From NCBI GenBank assembly GCA_020852295.1, contig JADZBC010000009.1:216058-280057 (forward strand): a DNA stretch of 64,000 nucleotides, in the 5' to 3' direction. The position numbers and the translations under genes are program-made. The notes beneath the pieces were generated by a model. It was not told the DNA's origin. It saw nothing but the letters and a program-made list of their open reading frames with translations, and did no database searches. The number at the start of each line of letters is the position of its first letter. The first letter of the stretch is position 1. Shown here piece after piece: positions 18,216-28,756 of this stretch. Origin of the DNA: a bacterium. Lineage in GTDB: Bacteria > Patescibacteriota > Saccharimonadia > CAILAD01 > JADZBC01.

Positions 18216-19502
18216 ATGGTAAAAGCAGCAGCATCCAAACTTATCGCTCGACGACTCCGCACAAAGATGGAGCAGCTTTTGGCTAAGCATAATTTTTCGG
18301 TCATCTGTGTCACGGGCAGTGTTGGCAAAACAAGTGCAAAATACGCCATCGCCAAAGTATTATCGACCAAGTATCGCACCTATGTCAGTGACGAAAGCTA
18401 CAATTGGGACATCGGTTTACCACTCTCGCTTTTTGGCCTGAAGGCACCAGACAGATTGGCTAGCGTGGCTGCCTGGCAGAAGATCTTCCGTCAGATTAAC
18501 AAGCTCATCCGTAATTATCCCTATGAAGTCGTAGTACTTGAGATCGCCGAAGACGAGCAGCAGACGATGCAGGAGTATGTTGATTTACTCAAGCCTGACT
18601 TCTTTGTCGTGACGGGTGCCACGGCAGTACACATGGCCCGTATGCACTCGGTGAAGAATATCGAGCGTGACATTATTGAGCTGGCGAGTTCGGCGAAGCG
18701 AGTCATCTACAATGCCGATTTTCCAGTTTTTAGTAAGGCATTTGGCAAACAGAAGCACAACCTTAGTTACGGGATCGCCAAGGGGCAGGCGCATTTTGGT
18801 CAGCTCAAGCGGAGCCGCGAAGGGTTGCTCAAGGGCGAGCTCATTCTCGGACACAACCGCAAGCTACTCATCACTCAGCAGGTTATGCAAGCCGGGCTTT
18901 ACTCGCTGCTAGCTGCCTCGTTGATCGCCCACGAGTATGATATCGAGGTAAGCCCACTGGTCGAGACACTATCGCAGCTCCAGCCGCTCCGCGGGCGGGG
19001 TCGGTTACTTGCGGGGATCAATGATGCAAAGTTGATTGACGATAGCTATAATAGCTCGCCTGAAGCGACAGTGGCGGCACTTAATACACTCAATGAGTTC
19101 AAGGGTCGCAAGATAGCAGTACTTGGCAGCATGAATGAGCTCGGTAGTTATAGCAGTACTGCTCATGCGCAGGTTGGCGAGGTGGCTGCTCGGACGGCTG
19201 ATATGCTGGTGACTATCGGAGCTGATGCCGAGCGCTATCTTGTATCGGCCGCCCAAACTGTTGGTATGTCGGCCAGTAACATCAAGCGGTTTGATTCACC
19301 ATACGTTGCCGGTCACTTTCTCAAAAAAACACTCCGAGCCGGGGACGTGGTTTTGATTAAGGGTTCACAGGATAGAGTTTTTAGTGAAGAGGTAACACGA
19401 ATAATCCTCGCCAAGCATCTTGACCCAGCTCAAGAGCTTGTTCGCCAGACGAGTTTTTGGCAACGTAAAAAGAAACGAGCTTTCCCAAATGAATCGTACT
19501 AA
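18216..19502 (+). CDS. Mur ligase family protein (MurF-like)
   Basis: P-loop VTGSVGKTSAKY. Mur ligase middle and C-terminal blocks. Confidence 0.7.
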   Translation: MVKAAASKLIARRLRTKMEQLLAKHNFSVICVTGSVGKTSAKYAIAKVLSTKYRTYVSDESYNWDIGLPLSLFGLKAPDRLASVAAWQKIFRQINKLIRNYPYEVVVLEIAEDEQQTMQEYVDLLKPDFFVVTGATAVHMARMHSVKNIERDIIELASSAKRVIYNADFPVFSKAFGKQKHNLSYGIAKGQAHFGQLKRSREGLLKGELILGHNRKLLITQQVMQAGLYSLLAASLIAHEYDIEVSPLVETLSQLQPLRGRGRLLAGINDAKLIDDSYNSSPEATVAALNTLNEFKGRKIAVLGSMNELGSYSSTAHAQVGEVAARTADMLVTIGADAERYLVSAAQTVGMSASNIKRFDSPYVAGHFLKKTLRAGDVVLIKGSQDRVFSEEVTRIILAKHLDPAQELVRQTSFWQRKKKRAFPNESY

Positions 19503-19842
19503 AAGATTTTTCAGCCAATATGGTCCGCAGTTTCCGGCTACGCTTGCGAACATAGCTGCCAGGTCGGAGGGTAATCCGCAAAAGTATTTGCTTAGCTATC
19601 GGCGAACCGAGGATTTTTTCGAAGAGGCCAAGCATATAAAAGCGAACCCACAAACACGATATTACCAGCTGTTGGTTTATGCCATGATTGTGCCGGCTTG
19701 GATTGTGATGGCGTTGCTACTCTTTGTACTTCGAATATCTGTATTGAGCTGGGTGATTTTAGCCGTGATAGTATGCGCCCTCGCACCTACCATACTTGCG
19801 TATGGTCTGGCGGCCGCCATCAAATTGCTGCCCAAGAAATAA
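19489..19842 (+). CDS. hypothetical membrane protein (117 aa)
   Basis: Two C-terminal TM helices. The start overlaps the previous stop (ATG at 19489). Confidence 0.4.
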   Translation: MNRTKRFFSQYGPQFPATLANIAARSEGNPQKYLLSYRRTEDFFEEAKHIKANPQTRYYQLLVYAMIVPAWIVMALLLFVLRISVLSWVILAVIVCALAPTILAYGLAAAIKLLPKK

Positions 19843-19875
19843 TGCCCTTTTAGCGGCCGCTGCTATAATACTCTT

Positions 19876-21123
19876 ATGAAAAAGCGCCTGTATTTTATCG
19901 CGGCCCGTTACTTTAGCTTCTTTGCCCGACTTAAACTGCAGCGCTGGCATCCACGGATCTTTGTCGTTACCGGATCGAGCGGAAAAACCACGACGCTTCA
20001 TCTGCTAGAAGCGCAGTTTGGTTCATTAGCTCACTTCTCGCATCATGCCAACAGTGCCTTTGGGATTCCGTTTGATATTCTTGGGCTTCGTAGGCGTTCG
20101 CTGAAACGAGTTGAGTGGCTGAACCTTTTTCTATCCGCACCAATCAAGTGTTTGTTACCAACGCGTTCCGAGAAAATATATATTGCTGAAGTTGACTGCG
20201 ATCGTCCAGGGGAAGGAGAATTTCTCGGGCAGCTTCTTCGGCCAGAGGCTTTGATCTGGCTTTCGAGTACCCAGACCCATGCCAAGAACTTTGACCACCT
20301 CGTCGGTGATAAATATAGCACGGTCGAAGAAGCGATCGCCGACGAGTTTGGTAACTTGGTTTCCGCCACGACCGGTGTTGTTATCGCAAATGCCGATAAT
20401 ATCGGCATCGCTGCGCAGCTACAACGCACCAAGGCGCGCATTGTCGAGGTGACGGATGACATGATTGAAGTTTTTCGCCCTAGTCTTGATCGGACTCACT
20501 TCACCATCGAATCAGTTAAATGTAGCGTGCCAGCGCTGGTGCCGCGTGAAGTTGGCTTATCGGTCGCGGCGATTAAGAAGCTTGCTGAGTACGCAGAGCA
20601 GGATTTTGATGAGGCGTTTGGCCAATTTGTGTTGCCACCGGGCAGAAGTTCGGTTTTTCGAGGCAAGAAAGACACAGTACTAATCGACAGTACATACAAT
20701 GCCTCACTTGATGCAGCGGAAGCCATGATTGAGCTTTTTGCGCAGCTGAAGGCCGACAAAAAATGGCTCGTCATAAGTGATATTCTGGAGCAGGGTCGCT
20801 CTGAGGCCGCAATACATCGTCGGCTCGCTGAGGCGATTGGCAAGTTAAAAGCTGATAAAATAATTGTGATGGGGCCGCGCGCTGGTAAACACACTGCTCC
20901 AGTACTCGATCAGCTTGGCGTTGACTACATCGCAGTCGATGGGCCAAAGCAGGTGCTTGATGTGCTGCGACGCAACATCAAGGGCGGCGAGACAATCCTT
21001 TTTAAGGGTACTCGTTTTTTAGAGGGGGTTGTCGAAAAGCTCCTCGCCAATCCAGATGACGCGCAGCTCCTGTGTCGCCGTGAGCCAGTCTGGCAAAAAC
21101 GAAGAAAGCGATTTGGAATATGA
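19876..21123 (+). CDS. Mur ligase family protein (second paralog)
   Basis: P-loop VTGSSGKTTTLH. A TATAAT sits 6 nt before the ATG. Confidence 0.65.
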   Translation: MKKRLYFIAARYFSFFARLKLQRWHPRIFVVTGSSGKTTTLHLLEAQFGSLAHFSHHANSAFGIPFDILGLRRRSLKRVEWLNLFLSAPIKCLLPTRSEKIYIAEVDCDRPGEGEFLGQLLRPEALIWLSSTQTHAKNFDHLVGDKYSTVEEAIADEFGNLVSATTGVVIANADNIGIAAQLQRTKARIVEVTDDMIEVFRPSLDRTHFTIESVKCSVPALVPREVGLSVAAIKKLAEYAEQDFDEAFGQFVLPPGRSSVFRGKKDTVLIDSTYNASLDAAEAMIELFAQLKADKKWLVISDILEQGRSEAAIHRRLAEAIGKLKADKIIVMGPRAGKHTAPVLDQLGVDYIAVDGPKQVLDVLRRNIKGGETILFKGTRFLEGVVEKLLANPDDAQLLCRREPVWQKRRKRFGI

Positions 21124-21809
21124 AGAAAATCTATATCATACATGGCTGGGCATACAACCTCGATAAGTGGAATGACTTTTGTAAACACCTCAAGCAAGCA
21201 GGTTATGAGCCGGTCCAGTTAAGAGTACCGGGCCTAACAGAACCAAGCGATCAGACCTTCACGATTGATGATTATGTTGGATGGCTCGATGAACAGCTCA
21301 AGCACGAGAAGGGCGAGCGCGTCGTAATGGCACACTCAAATGGCGGCCGTATCGCATTGCACTATCTAGCACAGCACCCCGGTGCGATTAGCAAACTCAT
21401 ACTGGTTGATAGCGCGGGTAATGATATTGCGGGGCGCGTCGGGTGGAAGCGACGTGTCATAACGCCGCTTGCAAAGGTCGCGAAACGGTTTATTCGCTCG
21501 GCCGGTTATCGCAAGGCGGTCTATAAATTTATCAAGGCAACTGATTACCACAATGCACCGCAAAACATGAAGGCCACGATGCAAAATATGCTCGAGTCAG
21601 ACCGAGGTTTTGATGAGCAGATACGGGACATACATGTGCCGTGCTTGATAGTATGGGGCGAACGTGATCAGTTGACTCCGCTGCGCGACGGCAAGAAGTT
21701 GGCCGAATTACTACGCGCCAAGCTACATGTGATCAAAGAAGCGCGCCATGCACCATTTGCAACTCATCCTCGTGAGGTTCTTGCGCTGGTAAAGGAATTC
21801 TTACAATGA
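21120..21809 (+). CDS. alpha/beta hydrolase (esterase-like)
   Basis: Nucleophile elbow MAHSNGG with His and Asp positions consistent with the fold. Confidence 0.6.
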   Translation: MKKIYIIHGWAYNLDKWNDFCKHLKQAGYEPVQLRVPGLTEPSDQTFTIDDYVGWLDEQLKHEKGERVVMAHSNGGRIALHYLAQHPGAISKLILVDSAGNDIAGRVGWKRRVITPLAKVAKRFIRSAGYRKAVYKFIKATDYHNAPQNMKATMQNMLESDRGFDEQIRDIHVPCLIVWGERDQLTPLRDGKKLAELLRAKLHVIKEARHAPFATHPREVLALVKEFLQ

Positions 21810-23002
21810 TCTTTCAGTCGCTCGGCTCAAACTATACCTTCAATGACGTCTTGCAGGCCTTATTTGGTCTGGGCTCAAAGTCTGACAACAAAAAGCTCGC
21901 CAAGCTATTGGCCGAGCGCTACGGCGGCGAAGTGCGGCTGTTTTATAAGGGGCGTGAGGCAATGGCGGTTGGTCTTGGTGCGCTGCCTGTCAAAGGCAAG
22001 AAAGTCGCCATCCTAGGCTTCACCTGCTATGCCGTTTATCAGGCCGTGGAGTCGGCCGGAGCAGAGGCTGTTTATATCGATTTGCCCAGCGATAGTCTCA
22101 ACTTTACAGTCGATGAGTTGCAAAAAGCTTGCAAGAAACACAAAGATATCGCAGCGGTGATCGTCCAGAACACGCTTGGTGTGCCAGCGCCGATTACGAA
22201 GATTGCAGAATTTTGCCGTAAGCATGATGTGGTCCTCGTGGAGGATCTTGCCCACAGTATTGGCGCGCGCTATAGCTCGGGCGAGGAAGCGGGGACAGTT
22301 GGTGACCTGGTTTGTCTTTCTTTTAGTCGCGATAAAGTGATCGATGCTGTCTCAGGTGGTGCACTGGTAGTACGCAATGAAAAGTTGCGCGCTAAAGTTG
22401 GCGATGTGGCAGTGCGGCGACTGAGTAAAGCCTTGGGCTGGCGAGATCGGATCTATCCATTGCTCGCGACACTGGTTCGTCAAAACTATATGATCGGACT
22501 TGGTAAAATCTTTCATGCAATCTTTATTCGGCTTGGTTTTATGCAGAAGGCGACTGATTCCTCAGCAGCAAATCCAGCCCAGCAGCTACCGGCTTGGAAT
22601 GCACGCGCGGCGCTCAACTGCTATTCCGATCTAGAAACCAATCTTAATCATCGCCGCCTTATCGCCACCATTTATGCTGACAACTTGCCAGTCCGATTGC
22701 TGGTTGGCGATGTTGAGGCAGCCGTGACGCGGGGGACAAACCTACGCTTTCCGATTGCAGTTACGGATCGTGATGGGCTTGTGGCGGATTTGAAAAAATT
22801 CGGTATCCACGTGAGCGATACTTGGTACGATAGCCCAGTTGCGCCACCGCGGCACCTTAGTAAGACCAACTACCAAACCGGAGACTGTCCGAATGCTGAG
22901 CGGCTGTGCGACACAATCATCAACCTACCAACCCACATTGGGGTATCCAAGATGATGGCCAAACTTATCTGCGAAAGGATCGAGCGGTGGCAGTCAAAAT
23001 AG
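21806..23002 (+). CDS. DegT/DnrJ/EryC1/StrS-family PLP aminotransferase
   Basis: Fold blocks GFTCYAVYQAV, VVLVEDLAHSIGARY and SFSRDKVID (PLP-lysine). Confidence 0.75.
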   Translation: MIFQSLGSNYTFNDVLQALFGLGSKSDNKKLAKLLAERYGGEVRLFYKGREAMAVGLGALPVKGKKVAILGFTCYAVYQAVESAGAEAVYIDLPSDSLNFTVDELQKACKKHKDIAAVIVQNTLGVPAPITKIAEFCRKHDVVLVEDLAHSIGARYSSGEEAGTVGDLVCLSFSRDKVIDAVSGGALVVRNEKLRAKVGDVAVRRLSKALGWRDRIYPLLATLVRQNYMIGLGKIFHAIFIRLGFMQKATDSSAANPAQQLPAWNARAALNCYSDLETNLNHRRLIATIYADNLPVRLLVGDVEAAVTRGTNLRFPIAVTDRDGLVADLKKFGIHVSDTWYDSPVAPPRHLSKTNYQTGDCPNAERLCDTIINLPTHIGVSKMMAKLICERIERWQSK

Positions 23003-24009
23003 TTAAAGATCTATCGCAGGCTGCCTGGGAAAAATTCATTGCTGCCCATCCAGACGCAAATTTTTTGCAATCTTGGTGGTGGGGTGAATTTAACGAGCAG
23101 ATTGGGCGCTCGGTGTATCGACTTGGCTATGAAAAATCTGGCAAGTTGGTTGGCGTGATGCTGGCGGTAGTAGAACCGGCGCGACGTGGCCGTTATCTGA
23201 CCGTTGCCGGTGGCCCGATACTAGATTGGCGTGATGGGTCGACAGTTGCAGCCTGGGTTGATTCACTGAGGGATTTGGCTCGTCGGGAGCGCTGTGTGTT
23301 TGTGCGCGTGCGGCCGCAGCTTTTAGCTGATACATTCTCTCGTGAGCTTTTTGAGCGACAGGGGTTTCGATCGGCACCGATGCATCTCAGTGCCGAATTA
23401 ACATCCCAGCTTCAGCTCGATCGATCAGAAGAAGATTTACTCGCCAATATGCGGCAACAAACGCGCTATGAGATTCGGCGTGCCCAAAAAATCGGTATCG
23501 AGGTGATCGTCACCAAAGACAGCGCTGCACTTCATGATTTTTACAAACTGCAACTCGAGACTGCACAGCGACAGGGCTTCGTGCCGTTTAGCGAGAAATT
23601 CCTAACCACCCAATTTGCAGTCTTTGCTCAGGCAGATAGCGCACTGCTCTACACCGCGTCCTACGAGGGTAAAGTCCTGGCTCAGGCTTTTGTTATTTTC
23701 TATGGAAAGGAAGCGGCTTATCACTATGGTGTTTCGACTCTCGATGGCCGGAAGTATCCAGGGGCGTATCTCATTCAGTGGGAGGCGATCCGAGAGGCCA
23801 AGCGGCGCAATATGTCGCGCTACAATTTTTGGGGAGTTGCACCACACGGCGAGACCCAGCATCGTTTCCATGGCGTGTCTGTTTTTAAGCGCGGCTTTGG
23901 CGGCGAAGACGTCGAGTATCTGCATGCCCGGGATCTTGTGATTGCACCGGCACGCTATGGCGCTAGTTGGTCTATTGAACAAATTAGGAAGCGCTTGAGG
24001 CGGGTGTAG
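22987..24009 (+). CDS. FemAB-family peptidoglycan aminoacyltransferase
   Basis: FemX-like N-terminal and C-terminal blocks (FLQSWWWGEF, YHYGVSTLDGRKYPGAYL). Start placed at an in-frame GTG. The longest ORF begins at 22906, inside degT. Confidence 0.6.
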   Translation: MAVKIVKDLSQAAWEKFIAAHPDANFLQSWWWGEFNEQIGRSVYRLGYEKSGKLVGVMLAVVEPARRGRYLTVAGGPILDWRDGSTVAAWVDSLRDLARRERCVFVRVRPQLLADTFSRELFERQGFRSAPMHLSAELTSQLQLDRSEEDLLANMRQQTRYEIRRAQKIGIEVIVTKDSAALHDFYKLQLETAQRQGFVPFSEKFLTTQFAVFAQADSALLYTASYEGKVLAQAFVIFYGKEAAYHYGVSTLDGRKYPGAYLIQWEAIREAKRRNMSRYNFWGVAPHGETQHRFHGVSVFKRGFGGEDVEYLHARDLVIAPARYGASWSIEQIRKRLRRV

Positions 24010-24464
24010 TGAATCCGACTAATCAAACTGGTAAGTTGCCCGAAACTGCGCCCGACCAACAGGCTCAGTGGATATACCGCTGGAATTGGGGCGCGTTTGT
24101 TTTTGGATGGTTATGGGGCATATTCAACAGAGTATATATTGAGTCAATGGTCCAGTTTGGGGTTATCACATTTTTTGCCGGCATACTGTTGATAGACCAT
24201 ATGGTAGCGCATTTCGCAAAGCTCGTTTGCTTGATAGTGATAATGTGGAGCGCAATATATTTCGGGATGCGTGGCACTGAGCTAGCATGGCGCAAAGATC
24301 TGGTGAAGGATGTGGAACAATTTTTAAAACGCCAGCGGGGTTGGATGTATGCCGCCCCATTTGGCATCGTACTAATTCCGATTTTCGTAGTTGCGATGGT
24401 TTATCTTGTAATGATGGTGTTATTGGTGCTCGTCGCAATTTGGATGCTTGGCAAGACGGGCTAG
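24009..24464 (+). CDS. hypothetical polytopic membrane protein (151 aa)
   Basis: Four predicted TM helices. Native composition. Confidence 0.4.
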   Translation: MNPTNQTGKLPETAPDQQAQWIYRWNWGAFVFGWLWGIFNRVYIESMVQFGVITFFAGILLIDHMVAHFAKLVCLIVIMWSAIYFGMRGTELAWRKDLVKDVEQFLKRQRGWMYAAPFGIVLIPIFVVAMVYLVMMVLLVLVAIWMLGKTG

Positions 24465-24510
24465 TGGTGCACGGAGGCAAAATTAACCTGATTTTGATAC
24501 AATTACAGCT

Positions 24511-26922
24511 ATGACAAACTATGAACCGCAAAAAGTAGAGAAAAAGTGGCAAAAGGTCTGGGAGGAAACCGGACTCTATAAGACTACGCAGCACCCCAAG
24601 AAAAAGTTTTACAACTTAGTAATGTTCCCATATCCATCGGGTAACCTGCACATTGGTCACTGGTACAACTTCGCACCGGCCGATACACTGGCTCGCTATG
24701 CCCGGATGCGAGGCCATGACGTACTGAGCCCTATTGGGTTTGACAGTTTTGGTTTGCCGGCAGAAAACGCGGCGATCAAGCGAGGCCTCAAGGCCGACAA
24801 GTGGACTGATCAAAATATTGCCGATATGACTGAACAGCTCAAGGCAATCGGAACCATGTACGACTGGGATAAAACTCTCAAGACGTCGGATCCAGAATAT
24901 TATCGCTGGACGCAATGGATGTTTTTACAGCTATATCATGCCGGTAAAGCCTACCAAAAAGATGGCTTAGTCAATTGGTGCCCAAATGACAAGACAGTGC
25001 TCGCCAATGAGCAAGTCATTCATGGTAAGTGCGATCGATGTGATGCCGTGGTGGAGCGCAAGAATCTGAAGCAGTGGTACTTCAAGATTACCGATTATGC
25101 CGAACGGCTCATTAAGGACCTCGATGCGGTTGAATGGCCTGAGCGTATCAAACAGATGCAGCGCAATTGGATTGGTCGAAGCCAGGGCGCGCGCATCAAA
25201 TTCCCCGTCGATGGCACTGAAGAAGTTCTTGAAGTTTTTACGACTCGACCGGACACAATCTTTGGTGTGACGTATATGGTTGTCGCGCCGGAGCACCCGC
25301 TAGTCGACGTGATTACTACTGAAGAGCAGCGGTCAGCTGTAGTACAATATATTGAGAAAGCTGGCAGTAAAACGGATGTTGATCGCATGGAGGCCAAGCA
25401 AAAGACAGGCGTTTTTACTGGGCGCTATGCGGTGAATCCGGCAACGAACGAACAGATCCCAATTTGGGTTGGCGATTATGTCTTGATGGGCTACGGCACT
25501 GGAGCAATCATGGCCGTTCCAGCGCATGACGAACGCGACTTCGAGTTTGCCACCACGCACGGGTTGGAGATACGACAAGTTATTGCCGGTAAGCAACTAC
25601 CTCATCTTGAGAATGGCAAGCTGATCAATTCAGCGAAGTTTGACGGCCTGAGTGTTGACGATGCAAAGTCTGAGATAACTGCTTGGCTCGGTGAAAAGCA
25701 TGTCGGCCACGCTGAAGTGCAGTATCGTCTGCGCGATTGGCTGATCTCTCGACAGCGCTATTGGGGCGCGCCAATTCCGATCATCTACTGTGATAGCTGT
25801 GGCGTAGTGCCAGTACCGGTGAAGGACCTGCCGGTTGTGCTGCCACTCGATCAGGAGTTTGATAAGTCAGGCCGATCACCACTGCTAGACCATCCTGACT
25901 ACACGCACGCGAAGTGCCCAGAGTGCGGGAAAGACGCTCGACGCGAAACCGACACCATGGACACATTTGTAGATTCGAGCTGGTACTATCTGCGCTATGT
26001 TGATCCAAGCTATCAGGATGGTCCGTTTGACCACAAGGCTGTGTCGCGATGGCTGCCAGTTGATCGTTATATCGGTGGTGCGGAACACGCCGTCATGCAT
26101 TTGCTGTACGCGCGCTTCTTCACAAAATTCTTGCACGATGAAGGCCATGTTGATTTTGTAGAGCCTTTCGCGAAGCTCATCAACCAGGGGATTATCTTGG
26201 GGCCTGATGGCAATAAGATGAGTAAATCCAAAGGCAATGTCGTTGATCCCGATGACTACGTCAGCAAGTATGGTTCCGACGCCGTCCGCGTGTATATTAT
26301 GTTCATGGGCCCTTATGACGAAGGCGGCCCATGGGATCCAAACCGATTCGAGGGTAGCTATCGTTTCATCAAAAAGATCTGGGATATGGTTGGCGGGGAA
26401 TACGAACCCACCAAGATTGACGGTGTAGCCTCGACAGAACTAGATAGCCGACTTCATAAAACGCTTGCGCGCGTCACCGATGATCTTGAGAATGTGAAGT
26501 TCAATACCGCTATTGCCGCCCTCATGGAGCTGGTAAATTATGCCGGTGGTATCCGAGCGGCCGGTTCGGTGGATTCGGCACAGTGGCAGGAATTTCGTCT
26601 CACACTAACACGGATGATGGCGCCGTTTGCGCCACACCTGAGCGAAGAGCTCTGGGAGATGCTCGGTCAAACCGAGAGCGTCCATAAAGAGGCTTGGCCA
26701 GCATTTGATCCAGCGAAGCTCGTTGAAGAAAGCCTCACGATAGTTGTGCAGGTCAATGGGAAGCTGCGTGGTCAATTTATGGTTGCGCGTGATACTGAGC
26801 GAGCGGTTGTTGAGAAGCAGGCACTCGAACTTGCCGAAGCGCAAAAATGGACACAAGATCGAGAGATCATCAAAGTTATTTTGGTACCAAACAAGCTCGT
26901 CAACATCGTTACAAAATCATGA
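24511..26922 (+). CDS. leuS: leucyl-tRNA synthetase
   Basis: HIGH motif (PYPSGNLHIGH) and KMSKS motif (GNKMSKSKGNVV). The CP1 editing domain is present. A TACAAT sits 7 nt before the ATG. Confidence 0.9.
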   Translation: MTNYEPQKVEKKWQKVWEETGLYKTTQHPKKKFYNLVMFPYPSGNLHIGHWYNFAPADTLARYARMRGHDVLSPIGFDSFGLPAENAAIKRGLKADKWTDQNIADMTEQLKAIGTMYDWDKTLKTSDPEYYRWTQWMFLQLYHAGKAYQKDGLVNWCPNDKTVLANEQVIHGKCDRCDAVVERKNLKQWYFKITDYAERLIKDLDAVEWPERIKQMQRNWIGRSQGARIKFPVDGTEEVLEVFTTRPDTIFGVTYMVVAPEHPLVDVITTEEQRSAVVQYIEKAGSKTDVDRMEAKQKTGVFTGRYAVNPATNEQIPIWVGDYVLMGYGTGAIMAVPAHDERDFEFATTHGLEIRQVIAGKQLPHLENGKLINSAKFDGLSVDDAKSEITAWLGEKHVGHAEVQYRLRDWLISRQRYWGAPIPIIYCDSCGVVPVPVKDLPVVLPLDQEFDKSGRSPLLDHPDYTHAKCPECGKDARRETDTMDTFVDSSWYYLRYVDPSYQDGPFDHKAVSRWLPVDRYIGGAEHAVMHLLYARFFTKFLHDEGHVDFVEPFAKLINQGIILGPDGNKMSKSKGNVVDPDDYVSKYGSDAVRVYIMFMGPYDEGGPWDPNRFEGSYRFIKKIWDMVGGEYEPTKIDGVASTELDSRLHKTLARVTDDLENVKFNTAIAALMELVNYAGGIRAAGSVDSAQWQEFRLTLTRMMAPFAPHLSEELWEMLGQTESVHKEAWPAFDPAKLVEESLTIVVQVNGKLRGQFMVARDTERAVVEKQALELAEAQKWTQDREIIKVILVPNKLVNIVTKS

Positions 26923-27458
26923 TCTATTTCGTGCGTCATGGTGAATCGGAGGCGAATGCGGCCGACGTGCTGGCTGGTTCGCAAATAGACTCACCAATGA
27001 CCGAAAAGGGCCGTGCCCAGGTGGGCCAAGCCATAGAGTACATAAAGCAACATGGCATCAAAATAGACCATATCGTAAGCTCGCCCATGATACGAACGCG
27101 GGAGACGGCAGAAATGATTGCACAAGCGATAGGGATCAACCCCAAATCGATTACATATGATCCACGGTTAATCGAGCATGATTGTGGTAGCTTGACCGGG
27201 CACAGTACGCAGGTGAGCTCGGTCGAACTTGTCACCGCCCCAGGCGCGGAGAGCGCCGAGGCTCTGTTGCGTCGTGTGCAGGCTGCACTACGCGACATTA
27301 TGAAGTTCGACGGCAATACGCTTATTGCCAGTCACGCAGGAGTTGGCCGCATGATAATTGCGAAGCATCGCGGTATGGACCTGAATCATTACAACGATGT
27401 TGAAGGGATTACAAACGGCGCAGTCGTGGAGCTTGATCTGACGGGCGTCGTTGACTAA
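26919..27458 (+). CDS. histidine phosphatase (phosphoglycerate mutase family)
   Basis: Catalytic motif IYFVRHGESEAN. ATGA overlap with the leuS stop. Confidence 0.7.
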   Translation: MIYFVRHGESEANAADVLAGSQIDSPMTEKGRAQVGQAIEYIKQHGIKIDHIVSSPMIRTRETAEMIAQAIGINPKSITYDPRLIEHDCGSLTGHSTQVSSVELVTAPGAESAEALLRRVQAALRDIMKFDGNTLIASHAGVGRMIIAKHRGMDLNHYNDVEGITNGAVVELDLTGVVD

Positions 27459-27640
27459 CAGCAACCCATTGCCACTTTCGCCTAAATCTGGTATTATGAG
27501 CCAGAAGTTATGCTTGAGTAGCATACTGGCTGCGGCCAAACAAAGCTAAAAGACATAGCCGACTTATGAGGTGATCTTCCTTCCAGGTGAAGGACGCTTT
27601 GTCGCTACTCCCAAGCTTCTGAATTAAAAAGGAGATAACC

Positions 27641-27808
27641 ATGCCGGTACCAAAGAAGCGTACGACTGCTGCTACCAAGGGTCAGCGTCGTAGCCACGAC
27701 AGCTTGAAGAGCGCAGCTCTTATCCTCGAAAAAAGTAGTAATGTGCGTGTGCCACGCCGACTCCACAAAGCCGCCAGTCTCGGTATCGCTCGCGTTCGCA
27801 AAGGTTAG
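27641..27808 (+). CDS. rpmF: 50S ribosomal protein L32
   Basis: MPVPKKRTTAATKGQRRSH is the L32 signature. GGAG RBS. Confidence 0.85.
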   Translation: MPVPKKRTTAATKGQRRSHDSLKSAALILEKSSNVRVPRRLHKAASLGIARVRKG

Positions 27809-27816
27809 GTGCCAAT

Positions 27817-28299
27817 ATGGCGTCAAATCGTCATCTCGGTCGAGTCGTCGCCCTACAGACACTCTATGAGTATGATTTTCGACAAAGCCTAGCTTTACCT
27901 GAGCTTACTAGTGACATCAACAAGATGCTCGAGCGCAATCTAGCGGTCTATGCGGATAATTTCGAAGAAAATGATTTTGTTCGAGACCTAGTAGAGGGTG
28001 CCATGAAGAACCAGCAGAAAATTGACGATATGATCGCGCCGGCAGCTCCGGAGTGGCCGATCGATCAGATTGCCAAGATTGATAAAGCTGTGTTGCGATT
28101 GAGCCTCTACGAGCTGATGATTAAGCGTGAAGTACCACCAAAGGTTGCGATCAACGAAGCCGTTGAGCTCGCCAAGGCATTCGGTGGCGACAACTCAAGC
28201 AAGTTTGTAAATGGCGTACTTGGCACAATTTATCGACAGAGTGATTTTTATGAACCAGAAGAAGACACCAAAGCGTCCAAACAAAAAGACGCGAAATAG
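27817..28299 (+). CDS. nusB: transcription antitermination factor NusB
   Basis: NusB block RHLGRVVALQTLYEYDF. Size is 160 aa. Confidence 0.85.
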   Translation: MASNRHLGRVVALQTLYEYDFRQSLALPELTSDINKMLERNLAVYADNFEENDFVRDLVEGAMKNQQKIDDMIAPAAPEWPIDQIAKIDKAVLRLSLYELMIKREVPPKVAINEAVELAKAFGGDNSSKFVNGVLGTIYRQSDFYEPEEDTKASKQKDAK

Positions 28300-28756
28300 C
28301 CAAAATCAGAAAGCACGGGCCGTACGCGAATACTCGGCGGGTGGTATTATTTTTCGTCGTTCCGAAAAAGGGCTCGAGTTTTTGCTAATCCAGGACCTCA
28401 AGAATCGCTGGACGATAGCGAAGGGTCATGTCGAATCTGGTGAAACGCTTGAACAAACAGCCCTACGTGAGATTACCGAAGAAACCGGCCTACGTAGTCT
28501 GCGCATCATCGATCAGCTTGATAAGTTACACTTTTTCTATCGTATGAAGGGCAAGCTCATCTTCATGACCAATTTTGTATTCCTGATTGAGGCAACAGAT
28601 CCAAGCGAAGAGTTGGTTCCCGAAGAGTCAGAGGGGATTATTGATGTACGCTGGTTTGATGAAGCAACCGCGCGAGCAATGATAGAATATAAAGCAACCA
28701 AAGTATTGTTTGACTCAGCGATTCGAAAGATTCGCGATCTGGAGCCAAAGGCCTAA
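28250..28756 (+). CDS. NUDIX hydrolase
   Basis: Nudix box GHVESGETLEQTALREITEETGL. The only ATG start overlaps nusB by 50 nt, so the start is uncertain. Confidence 0.6.
   Translation: MNQKKTPKRPNKKTRNSQNQKARAVREYSAGGIIFRRSEKGLEFLLIQDLKNRWTIAKGHVESGETLEQTALREITEETGLRSLRIIDQLDKLHFFYRMKGKLIFMTNFVFLIEATDPSEELVPEESEGIIDVRWFDEATARAMIEYKATKVLFDSAIRKIRDLEPKA

Noticed and set aside
27460-27640. Stem-loops (GCCAG..ATGCT-tgagt-AGCAT..CTGGC; TCCTTC-caggt-GAAGGA) upstream of rpmF as a possible ribosomal-protein leader
   Set aside because: They are plausible structures. There is no known L32 leader motif to compare with and no covariation evidence, so this is left as an ordinary 5-prime UTR.
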